Shown here in pieces: positions 46,243 through 54,264 of a DNA stretch of 64,000 bases. The notes under the pieces were generated by a model. That model was given only the letters and a program-made list of their open reading frames with translations, was not told where the DNA came from and did not search any database. The number at the start of each line of letters is the position of its first letter. The first letter of the stretch is position 1. A program made the position numbers and the translations under genes. Origin of the DNA: an uncultured Verrucomicrobiota bacterium (GTDB lineage: Bacteria; Verrucomicrobiota; Kiritimatiellia; PWTM01); contig CAZSUU010000005.1 in the NCBI GenBank assembly GCA_964610105.1, positions 97,499-161,498 on the forward strand. The letters are read 5' to 3'.

Positions 46243-46691
46243 TCGTGCATCCTCCCGAATCCGGCATTCCGCTGTCCGCGTCCGCCACAACCCCACCCCC
46301 GTCCGCCTCCGCCCCGGCCTCCACCGCCGCCTCCGCCGCCGCGGCAGCGTCGCCGTCCGAAGCAGCCCGGCATGCTCAGCGTCGGGTCCGGCAGGCCTCC
46401 GGACAGCCATGCGGCCAACACCTCCTCCACCGCCCCGGCCGTGAACGGAACGACGCGGATGCCCGTATCGGCCAGCGTCGCGGCCATCGGCTGCGAGAGA
46501 GCGCCGCAGATCAACACCTCCGGCCCCACCGCCGCCAGCCCGTTCGCCTGGGCGCGTGGATCCGTCCCCGGCAGCTCGGCCTCGCGCCGCCCGACGATGC
46601 GCCCCCCCTCGATGTCGACCACCTCGACCCTTCGCGCGACATCGAAAACCGGAGAGATCCTCCCGTTCCACGTGGTCAGCGCCAGCCTCAC
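46239..46691 (-). CDS. NifB/NifX-family protein with Gly-rich tail
   Basis: 'RISPVFDVAR', 'LICGALS', 'MPGC', tail 'GGGGGGGRGGGGRG'. Confidence 0.85.
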   Translation of the reverse strand: MRLALTTWNGRISPVFDVARRVEVVDIEGGRIVGRREAELPGTDPRAQANGLAAVGPEVLICGALSQPMAATLADTGIRVVPFTAGAVEEVLAAWLSGGLPDPTLSMPGCFGRRRCRGGGGGGGGRGGGGRGWGCGGRGQRNAGFGRMHE

Positions 46692-46726
46692 GGTCTCGTT
46701 TCCCTTCCGCTCATGCCCGCTGTAGT

Positions 46727-46743
46727 ATCAGGAATCGTGCCAA
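46727..46743 (-). promoter_or_regulatory. Candidate sigma54 -24/-12 promoter (TTGGCACGATTCCTGAT)
   Basis: -24 TGGCAC perfect; -12 reads TGA instead of TGC; 36 nt upstream of the first NifX-like gene. Confidence 0.55.
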
Positions 46744-46825
46744 CCGCCGACGCGCGGAGCGCGATGGTCACAGCACGTTGCGGCGCCGTGGTTTACGAAT
46801 TGCCTGCGAGCGCGGCACCAAGCGA

Positions 46826-46851
46826 ATACAGTCGCGTTGTAGCGACTGTAT
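46826..46851. promoter_or_regulatory. Perfect 10-bp inverted repeat, candidate enhancer (UAS) for the adjacent sigma54 activator
   Basis: ATACAGTCGC-gttgta-GCGACTGTAT, about 85-110 nt upstream of the -24 element. Confidence 0.5.
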
Positions 46852-46893
46852 CGTGCGGTTAAAGAAGCGAGAACGCGACGGTATATCGCCGGC

Positions 46894-48258
46894 CTACTCG
46901 GAGTTGCCGGGCGACTGGAAGAGCAGGAAGAACCGATCCGCGGCCGGCGGATCGAGTTCCCGGACGAAGGCGAAGCCGGCCTGCCGAAGGTCCTCTTTCA
47001 CGAGGCCCGGTGCGATGCGACGGCGATGTCCGGACAGGCGACGCGGTTCGTCCGGCGGCCCGGCGCGATCGAGCACGGCCACGTAGCCGCCGGTGTCGAG
47101 CGATGCCCGAAGGCGACGCAGGAGGGGCGCAGGATCCCAGAGGCGGCTGTAGGCGTCGGCGAAGACCGCGGCATGAAGGACACCGTTGGTGAGGCCGGGC
47201 AGATCGCCCTTCGCCGTTCGGAAGATGGAGACCGCGGCGAGCCCGGCCGCATCCGCGCAGGCCGCCGGCCGTTCGTTCGTGACGGTGGTCCACTCCTCGA
47301 GGATCACGTCATGGACGTGCGCGCCCGGCCCGGACACCGCCCGGAGAGGCTCCAGCAGGGCCCGGCCGCGATCCACCCCTGCGAAGAGCGTGCGACGGTG
47401 TTCGCCGGAGATGGGCGGAAGGGCGGAGACCGCCTTGCGGACGTCGATCTCCGAGGGCAGATCGGGATCGCCGGCGGTCGTCGCGGCTTCGGCGGACGGC
47501 TTACGAAACACCAGGACGAACGGCCGGGGCTCGTGCCACAGGTCGTCGAGGAGGGTTTCGAACCGGAACCCCGCCTCGCGCGCGAGTCTGACCACCGTCG
47601 TCTCCCCGGTCCAGTAGTGCTTTCGCTCGCGCACCGCCATGTCCACCCACTCCCGCTGCGGTCCCTCCTCGCGATCGACGATGACGAGGAATCCGCCCGG
47701 TTTCAGGTCCTCCCGGAGCCGGGCCAGCATGCTCACGGGTTTGGCGAAATGGTGGAACACGGCATTCATGTAGACCAGGTCGACGGCGCCGTCGGGCAGG
47801 CAGGGATCCTCGGTTCCGCCCAGCAGGGCCACGACCTGGTCCAGGCCGCGTTCCTTCGCCCTGCGCAGAAGGTTCGTCTGCATGGCGCCGGTGATCTCCT
47901 CGCTGAAGACCTTCCCGGTCGGACCGACGATCTCCGCGAAGGTGAAGGTGTCCGCTCCCCCGCCGGCGCCCACGTCGGCGATCGACGCGCCCGGACCCAC
48001 CCCGAGCCGCTCGCAGACGCGCCGGAGCGCGTCCGCCCGCTTCCGGGCGGACTCCGCCGCGGCGGTCCGGGCCGGCGAATTCGTGATCCCAGGGCCTGCC
48101 GACGACGCCGGGGCATCGGCGCCGCGCCCCGCGACAGCGATCAGGCAGAGACATGCCGGCAGTGCGCAGCGCATCCATCTTGCCACGGAGGAGAACACCG
48201 GCATGCAGGGGGACATCCCCCGGCCCGACGGTCCCGGCATCCGACCTCGATCGTTCAT
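46894..48258 (-). CDS. Signal-peptide-bearing SAM methyltransferase with duplicated (degenerate) second domain
   Basis: 'LCLIAVAG', 'IADVGAGGG', 'LKPGG.L...DR'; second copy 'LDTGGYVAVLDR...AGF.F'. Confidence 0.75.
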   Translation of the reverse strand: MNDRGRMPGPSGRGMSPCMPVFSSVARWMRCALPACLCLIAVAGRGADAPASSAGPGITNSPARTAAAESARKRADALRRVCERLGVGPGASIADVGAGGGADTFTFAEIVGPTGKVFSEEITGAMQTNLLRRAKERGLDQVVALLGGTEDPCLPDGAVDLVYMNAVFHHFAKPVSMLARLREDLKPGGFLVIVDREEGPQREWVDMAVRERKHYWTGETTVVRLAREAGFRFETLLDDLWHEPRPFVLVFRKPSAEAATTAGDPDLPSEIDVRKAVSALPPISGEHRRTLFAGVDRGRALLEPLRAVSGPGAHVHDVILEEWTTVTNERPAACADAAGLAAVSIFRTAKGDLPGLTNGVLHAAVFADAYSRLWDPAPLLRRLRASLDTGGYVAVLDRAGPPDEPRRLSGHRRRIAPGLVKEDLRQAGFAFVRELDPPAADRFFLLFQSPGNSE

Positions 48259-49652
48259 GGGCCGGCCTCCTCGCGCGAGCGGCCGTCCTTCTCCGGGAGC
48301 ACGATGCCGGCGGCGCGGATCTTGCGGAAGAGCGTGCTCTTGTGGATGCCGAGCGCCCGCGCGGCGGCGAGGCGGTTGAATCCACTCCGTTCGAGCGCAG
48401 CGCGGATCGCCTGCGCCTCCGCGGCGCGAGTCCGGAGCGAGAGGGTGTCGCCCGCCGCCGCGGGCGCCGGAGGGCTGGAGCCGGCGAGCTCGGGGGGCAG
48501 ATGCCCGCGCTCGATCCTCCCCGAGCCGCAGAGCACGAAGGCGCGCTCCACGATGTTCTCCAACTCCCGCACGTTGCCCGGATAGTCGTGCGCCATGAGG
48601 AGGGCCAGGACATCCGGCGCGACGCCCGACACGGACCGGTTCTGCACCCGGTTGAAGCGCGCGACGAAGTGGTCCACGAGCAGCGGAATGTCCTCCCTGC
48701 GTTTCCGGAGCGGGGGAAGATCCAGCTTCACGACGTTCAATCGGTAATAGAGATCCTCCCGGAACGTCCCCTTGCGCATCAGGGCGGCCAGATCCCGATG
48801 GGTCGCGGCGACCACCCGCACGTTCGCGCGTCGCGACTGGGTCCCGCCCAGCGGTTCGTAGGACCGGTCCTGGAGCACGCGCAGCAGGCGGACCTGGAGC
48901 GCGGGACTGATGTCGCCGATCTCGTCGAGGAAGATCGTCCCGCCCTCCGCCCGGTCGAAGCGGCCGGGCTTGTCGCGCGTGGCGCCGGTGAACGCCCCTT
49001 TCACGTAGCCGAACAGCTCGGACTCCAGCAGCGTATCGGGCAGGGCGCCGCAGTGGACCGGCACGAACGGCCCTTTCGCGCGCGGGCTCAGCCCGTGGAG
49101 GGCGCGCGCCAGCAGCTCCTTGCCGGTCCCGGTCTCCCCGTGGATGAGCACCGTCGCGTCGCTGGCCGCGATCTGCGGAAGGAGGTCGAAGACGCGGCGC
49201 ATGGAGGCGCTCCGACTGACCAGGTCGCCCGCCTGGAACCGGCCTTCCAGCTCCTTGCGCAGCTCCTCCACGAGACTGAGGTCGCGGAAGGTCTCCGCGC
49301 CGCCGGTGATCCGCCCCCGCGCATCGCGGAGGATGGCGGTCGATACGGCGACGGGAATCCGGCGCCCCGCGGCGTTGACGATGAACCCGGACTTGTTGAT
49401 CACCGGCCGACCTGTCCTGACGGTCTGCCGCAGCGCGCATTCCGCCTCGCACATGCTGGCGCGGAAGACGTCGGAGCAGGTCCGGCCGATGGCGTCGCGG
49501 CGGCGGATGCCCGTGATGGTCTCGGCGGCGCGGTTGAAGGACGTGATGTGCCATTCGGCATCGACGGTGAACACGCCGTCCGAAATGCTCTCCAGGATCG
49601 CCTCGGCGCCCGTGCCGAGCGCGTGTCCCGCTTTCGTCATGCGACGGCCCAT
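48255..49652 (-). CDS. PAS-domain sigma54-dependent transcriptional activator (OrpR-like)
   Basis: PAS 'ILESISDGVFTVD', 'FNRAAE.ITG', 'CEAEC'; 'GETGTGKE', 'ESELFGY.KGAFTGA', 'FREDLYYRL'; Fis-type HTH. Confidence 0.95.
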   Translation of the reverse strand: MGRRMTKAGHALGTGAEAILESISDGVFTVDAEWHITSFNRAAETITGIRRRDAIGRTCSDVFRASMCEAECALRQTVRTGRPVINKSGFIVNAAGRRIPVAVSTAILRDARGRITGGAETFRDLSLVEELRKELEGRFQAGDLVSRSASMRRVFDLLPQIAASDATVLIHGETGTGKELLARALHGLSPRAKGPFVPVHCGALPDTLLESELFGYVKGAFTGATRDKPGRFDRAEGGTIFLDEIGDISPALQVRLLRVLQDRSYEPLGGTQSRRANVRVVAATHRDLAALMRKGTFREDLYYRLNVVKLDLPPLRKRREDIPLLVDHFVARFNRVQNRSVSGVAPDVLALLMAHDYPGNVRELENIVERAFVLCGSGRIERGHLPPELAGSSPPAPAAAGDTLSLRTRAAEAQAIRAALERSGFNRLAAARALGIHKSTLFRKIRAAGIVLPEKDGRSREEAGP

Positions 49653-49835
49653 GTCGTCTTCCTCTCCACCGTCTTCCGGGCGGCTCCGGAGCCGCCCGCC
49701 GATGTGCCGGGCGATCATTGCATTCCGTTCACGGTCCCTGCAATACCGCGTGTACCATCCTCTCACGGGCGCGGTCGTGACCAACCTGACGTTGGACGCC
49801 GGCGGCGAGGTCCTGCTCCCGCGCGGCCCGGGCGC

Positions 49836-50531
49836 CTACATCATTCGGGGTTCTCCCCTCGACTCCCGAATGCCCGCCGCGCCGGGCGGCATGACGCGGA
49901 CGGGGACCCGTGATGTCGAGTGAGGGGAAGCGAGCCCCCGGATGTGCGCTGCGGGGATCGCCCCTTCCCGCAGGATCTCGATGCCCGCCCCGGTCACGCG
50001 CACGACCGTGCTCGGCACGCCGCCGGGAACCGGGCCGCCATCCACGACCAGGTCGACCGCGTCGCCGAGCGCCGCCACCGCCGCGCCGGCCGTGAGGGCG
50101 TCGGGTCCGCCGCTCCGGTTCGCGCTGGTGGCCGCGACCGGACGTCCGAAGGCCCGCACGACGGCCTGCGGAAACGGGTGATCCGGCCAGCGGAAACCGG
50201 TCGGTCCACGCGGCGTGTCGATCACCAGCGTCAGCGGGCCGGGCCACAGGCGCTCCGCCAGCCGGCGGGCGCAACCGGCGAGCCGGCCGCCTTCGGACTC
50301 GATGTGCTCCAGCCCCGCGATCAGGAGGGCCACCGGCTTCCCGGCATCCCGCCCCTTGGCGGCGCCCAGGCGCGCCATGGCCTCCGGATCGCGCGGGTCC
50401 GCGGCCAGACCGTACACGGTCTCGGTGGGCAGGACGACCAATCCCCCCCGGCCGAGAACCCGGACGGCCTCGTCAATCGCGTCCCTGACCGGCGGAGCAC
50501 CCGCCGGCGCGCGCACGATACGCGGGCTCAT
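49836..50531 (-). CDS. tsaC: L-threonylcarbamoyladenylate synthase (Sua5/YrdC)
   Basis: 'PTETVYGLA', 'LWPGPLT', 'ATSANRSG', 'STVV', 'LREGAI'. Confidence 0.93.
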   Translation of the reverse strand: MSPRIVRAPAGAPPVRDAIDEAVRVLGRGGLVVLPTETVYGLAADPRDPEAMARLGAAKGRDAGKPVALLIAGLEHIESEGGRLAGCARRLAERLWPGPLTLVIDTPRGPTGFRWPDHPFPQAVVRAFGRPVAATSANRSGGPDALTAGAAVAALGDAVDLVVDGGPVPGGVPSTVVRVTGAGIEILREGAIPAAHIRGLASPHSTSRVPVRVMPPGAAGIRESRGEPRMM

Positions 50532-51799
50532 GGCGACGCCACGGTTGGCCGCAGGGCCTGGAGCCCGAGGAGCAGATCCACCGCGCGCTGCAGGGCGGCA
50601 TCGTTCTTGACCCGCTGGCGCAGCGCCCGGTCTTCCTTCTCGATGGCCAGGTCGCGCCGCCGCGGATTGAGGTCCACCACGTCGTCCTCCGACACCGGTT
50701 CATCGGACGGCGCGGCGCCGTCGGCCACCGCGATGTGCGGACGCACGGGCTCGGACGGATCGCCGTCGTCCGTGCCGGACCGGCCGCCGAGCCGCCGGGT
50801 GGCGACGTAGAGCACGCGGTTGGCGCCGAACGGCAGCCCCTCGCGGATCAGGGGATCGCCGGCCGTGGGCCGGCCGACGAGCAGGCGTCCGCCGCCCCCG
50901 GACTCCAGCACCGCGGCCAGCCACTCGGCCGCGCCGGCCGTGCCCGGCCCGATCAGGAACATGACCGGCAGCCGGACCGGCGTCGCGTTGGTCTCCGTCT
51001 GCCGCACGGATCCCTCCGGCGACGAACGCGCCACCGGCATGGGCAGCGCCGACCCCGGCGGCGCCAGGAGGCCCGCCAGCCGCACGGCTTCATCGAGGTC
51101 GTCGCCGGCCGCCGCGCGCAGGTCGATCACCGCCCCCGCGATCTTCTCGCGATCCCACGTCCGCAGGTGTTCTTCCACCGCCTTGAAGGCGCCGGGCCAG
51201 ATGCCGGCGAGGTGGATCAGGCCGATCCTCCGGGGCAGCATCTCACGGCGTGTCATCGCCGGCGGGCGCACCCACTCGACGCGGGCCTCGAGGTTCGTCA
51301 CCGCCTTCCCGCCCTTGCGAACGACGGTCAGCCCGACCGTGCCGTTGGTGGCGCTGCGCATCCACTCGTCGCGTCGCGCGGGCGGCACGCCCGTGACATG
51401 GCGGCCGTCGACGCTGTCGAGCACGTCGCCCGGCTTCAGTCCCGCCCTCGCCGCCGGCGTATCGGGCGGAACGGCGGTGGCGACCGACTGGCCGTTGGTC
51501 ACCGTCCATTCGACCCCGATCCCCCGCTGCCAGCCGCCCCGTTCCTTCAGAAAGGTCTCGAAATCGCCGGCGGTCGCCACCCATCCGCCCGGATCGACCG
51601 TCCGGACCACGCCCTCCAGCAGCCGCCGGCTGAGCGTGTCGGTCTTCGCCTGCAGCCCCTTGTCCTCCAGCATCCGGACCGCGTCGCACACGTCCATCGC
51701 CACCGGCGACAGGTTCGTCTGCGCCGCCGCGACGGACGCCCCAAGCGAGACCGCGAGGAGGCCCGCCATGCCCCGGCCCTTCATCGACCGCCGCCGCAT
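50528..51799 (-). CDS. PDZ + S41 (CtpA/Prc-like) peptidase-fold protein, catalytic residues apparently lost
   Basis: 'GIG', PDZ 'TPAARAGLKPGD', 'IDLRAAAG', 'GTAGAAE', 'VRPHIAV', 'DAALQRAVDLL'. Confidence 0.75.
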   Translation of the reverse strand: MRRRSMKGRGMAGLLAVSLGASVAAAQTNLSPVAMDVCDAVRMLEDKGLQAKTDTLSRRLLEGVVRTVDPGGWVATAGDFETFLKERGGWQRGIGVEWTVTNGQSVATAVPPDTPAARAGLKPGDVLDSVDGRHVTGVPPARRDEWMRSATNGTVGLTVVRKGGKAVTNLEARVEWVRPPAMTRREMLPRRIGLIHLAGIWPGAFKAVEEHLRTWDREKIAGAVIDLRAAAGDDLDEAVRLAGLLAPPGSALPMPVARSSPEGSVRQTETNATPVRLPVMFLIGPGTAGAAEWLAAVLESGGGGRLLVGRPTAGDPLIREGLPFGANRVLYVATRRLGGRSGTDDGDPSEPVRPHIAVADGAAPSDEPVSEDDVVDLNPRRRDLAIEKEDRALRQRVKNDAALQRAVDLLLGLQALRPTVASP

Positions 51800-51816
51800 C
51801 ACGTCGCGCCGCCCTC

Positions 51817-52329
51817 TCACTGGCTTCCCAGCTCCGCCTGCAGCTCGGCATTGACCTTGTCCACGTTCTCGCGCATCGACGCCTTGTGCGCCTCCAGCCT
51901 CGCCTGCAGGGCCGGATTGGAGAGGGCGAGGATCTCGACCGCCAGCAGGGCGGCGTTCACGGGGCCGGCCTTCCCGACGGCGACCGTGGCGACCGGGATG
52001 CCGCTGGGCATCTGCACGGTGGAATACAGCGCGTCGACCCCGTTCAGGGCCCCGCCGGCGACGGGGATGCCGATGACCGGCAGGGTGGTATGCGCCGCGA
52101 GCACGCCGGCGAGGTGCGCCGCGCCCCCGGCCGCGGCGATGATGACCTTCAGCCCGCGCCCCGCGGCCGCTCGCGCGAACTCCGCGGCGGCTTCCGGCGT
52201 GCGATGGGCGGAGCAGACCTTCACCTCCGCGCTCACGCCGTACTTGGCGAGGGTCTCGAAGGCCGGCCGGATCTCCGGCCAGTCGGACTTGCTGCCCATC
52301 AGGATCGCAACGGTCTTGGTCGTGCTCAC
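51817..52329 (-). CDS. purE: N5-carboxyaminoimidazole ribonucleotide mutase
   Basis: 'MGSKSD', 'SAHRTP', 'AGGAAHLAG', 'SIVQMP'-like 'STVQMPSGIPVATV'. Confidence 0.96.
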   Translation of the reverse strand: MSTTKTVAILMGSKSDWPEIRPAFETLAKYGVSAEVKVCSAHRTPEAAAEFARAAAGRGLKVIIAAAGGAAHLAGVLAAHTTLPVIGIPVAGGALNGVDALYSTVQMPSGIPVATVAVGKAGPVNAALLAVEILALSNPALQARLEAHKASMRENVDKVNAELQAELGSQ

Positions 52330-52366
52330 AAGGGACGCTCCCTCCTTGCCAGTTGGTCGTCATCGC

Positions 52367-52672
52367 CTAATGCGGCGAGCCGCGACTCACCGGCTCTGGC
52401 CGCTCAATCCTTCCACAACCCGAACCCTTTTGGGACTTTCTCTTCTCCACATCGAAATCGTTATCGGGATCGAAATCGCCTTGCTCGCGGCCGTCGAAGG
52501 CTCGCTCCCCGACCGCCTGGCAGCCCCGGCCGCCCAGTCGGCTGAGTATGGCTGCCATGCGGTCCGGTTCTTGTTTCCGGCCTTGGTTCAGCGCTTCCGA
52601 CTTCCTGCAAACCCATGCCACGCAGCCAATCGAGAGCCGATAAACGTCGAGTTTCTCGTGCCCAAGTCCCAT
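52367..52672 (-). pseudogene. Four-helix-bundle (23S rRNA IVP-like) gene with internal deletion
   Basis: N-terminus 'GHEKLDVYRLSIG' joined directly to C-terminal 'DRMAAILSRLGGRG'; central 'SI.LNIAEG' segment absent; flanked by GATCCC/GATTTC-type hexamer arrays. Confidence 0.75.
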
Positions 52673-52758
52673 CCCGATTCGATCCCGATGACGATCCCGA
52701 TTTCGATTTCGATCCTCAGTCCCGACAACCTACACTCTGTATCCTGCAAGGCGTGGCG

Positions 52759-53060
52759 TCAAGACCACCCCCGAGCAGCGGCATTCCTCATTCCCGGACG
52801 GTTCGTCGCGCCGGCCGATGCCGCCTGTGCTTCCAGCTCTTCCACCGTCTCGGGGCCGGGCGTGGAGATGCCGCGACGCGCGAGCAGGGATCCGTCGAGG
52901 CGGTGGAGATCGGCGAGTGTCTTGAAACAGTCGCCGGCCGCCTTGAGTTCCGTTAACTCGCTGTCCATGAGATCCCGCCGCGCCTGGTCGGAGAATGGCC
53001 TGGTTCACCTTCCGGAGTTCCCGCGGATCTCGAAGTTCGTGTTCCGACGGCGAGATTCCG
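52759..53060 (-). pseudogene. Unidentified frameshifted ORF remnant
   Basis: Protein-like text 'ELRKVNQAI' and 'FSDQARRDLMDSELTEL...' lie in adjacent frames separated by an apparent 1-nt frameshift near 52995. Confidence 0.3.
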
Positions 53061-53172
53061 TGTTGAAATCCCTCTTGCCTCCGTTGCATACTGCGCCGGT
53101 GCGTCACCCGCCCGGAACTGAGTGGACCGGGGGGAGCGCGGATGATCATGCATAACGACCAGGAGGAATGAC

Positions 53173-54216
53173 ATGGCCAGACCTGTCACGCTGTTCACCG
53201 GCCAGTGGGCCGATCTCTCGCTCAAGGACCTCGCCCCGCTCGTCAAGAAGATGGGCTACGACGGAGTCGAGCTCGCCTGCTGGGGCGATCACTTCGATCC
53301 GGAGCAGGCGGCGTCGAGCGCGAAGTACTGCAAGGAGCTCTGGCAGGTCCTGTGCGACAACGGCCTGACCTGCTTCGCGGTCTCCAACCACCTCGTCGGA
53401 CAGGCGATCTGCGACAACATCGACGAGCGCCACCAGGCGATTCTCTCCCCCGCGATCTGGGGCGACGGCGAGCCCGAGGGCGTCCGCAAGCGCGCCGCGA
53501 AGAACATGATCCTGGCGGCCAGGGCGGCCCGGAATTTCTTCAACGCGAAGCCCGGCCGCGGCAACAAGGACGCGTTCCCGGTGGTCGTCAACGGCTTCAC
53601 CGGGTCGAGCGTCTGGCACGCGATCTACGCCTTCCCGCCGACGAACCAGGCCTACCTGGAGAAGGGCTTCCAGGACTTCGCGAAGCGGTTCGGGCCCATC
53701 CTCGACGCCTTCGACAAGGTCGACGTCAACTTCGGCCTCGAGGTCCATCCGACCGAGATCGCGTTCGACATCGCCTCGTCGCAGCGCGCGATCGAAGCGG
53801 TGAAGGGGCACAAGCGGTTCGGATTCAACTACGACCCGTCCCACCTCGGCTACCAGGGCGTGGACTACGTCAAGTTCATCCGGACCTTCGCGTCCCGCAT
53901 CTTCCACTCGCACGTCAAGGACGCCTGGTGGGGCCATGGCGACGGGACCGTCGGCGTGTTCGGCGGGCACACGGACTTCTGCGATGCGCGGCGGTACTGG
54001 GATTTCCGCTCGCCCGGACGCGGCGACACGAACTTCGAGGAGATCATCGTCGCGCTCAACGACATCGGCTACGCCGGCCCGCTTTCCGTGGAGTGGGAGG
54101 ACGGCCGGATGGACCGCGTGCACGGCGCCACCGAGGCCTGCGCCCTCGTGCGCAAGCTCGACTTCGCGCCGAGCCGGATCGCGTTCGATTCGGCGTTCGA
54201 CAAGAAGAACCAGTAA
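53173..54216 (+). CDS. Sugar phosphate isomerase/epimerase (xylose-isomerase-like TIM barrel, IolE-like)
   Basis: 'LFTGQWADL', 'GYDGVEL', 'LEVHP', 'FNYDPSH', 'HVKDA', 'VEWED'. Confidence 0.9.
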   Translation: MARPVTLFTGQWADLSLKDLAPLVKKMGYDGVELACWGDHFDPEQAASSAKYCKELWQVLCDNGLTCFAVSNHLVGQAICDNIDERHQAILSPAIWGDGEPEGVRKRAAKNMILAARAARNFFNAKPGRGNKDAFPVVVNGFTGSSVWHAIYAFPPTNQAYLEKGFQDFAKRFGPILDAFDKVDVNFGLEVHPTEIAFDIASSQRAIEAVKGHKRFGFNYDPSHLGYQGVDYVKFIRTFASRIFHSHVKDAWWGHGDGTVGVFGGHTDFCDARRYWDFRSPGRGDTNFEEIIVALNDIGYAGPLSVEWEDGRMDRVHGATEACALVRKLDFAPSRIAFDSAFDKKNQ

Positions 54217-54264
54217 GAGAAGATCCGAGTTCCAATACTCAAATTCCAAAGCAGGAGGACTGAA

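Noticed and set aside
38965-46691. Nitrogen-fixation (nif) cluster
   Set aside because: NifX-like and NifU-like domains are present but there is no nifH/D/K/E/N/B; the context matches orp-type clusters.
54228-54250. Short 'TTCCAATACTCAAATTCCAAA' quasi-repeat between the sugar genes
   Set aside because: Only about 3 degenerate units, too weak to call.
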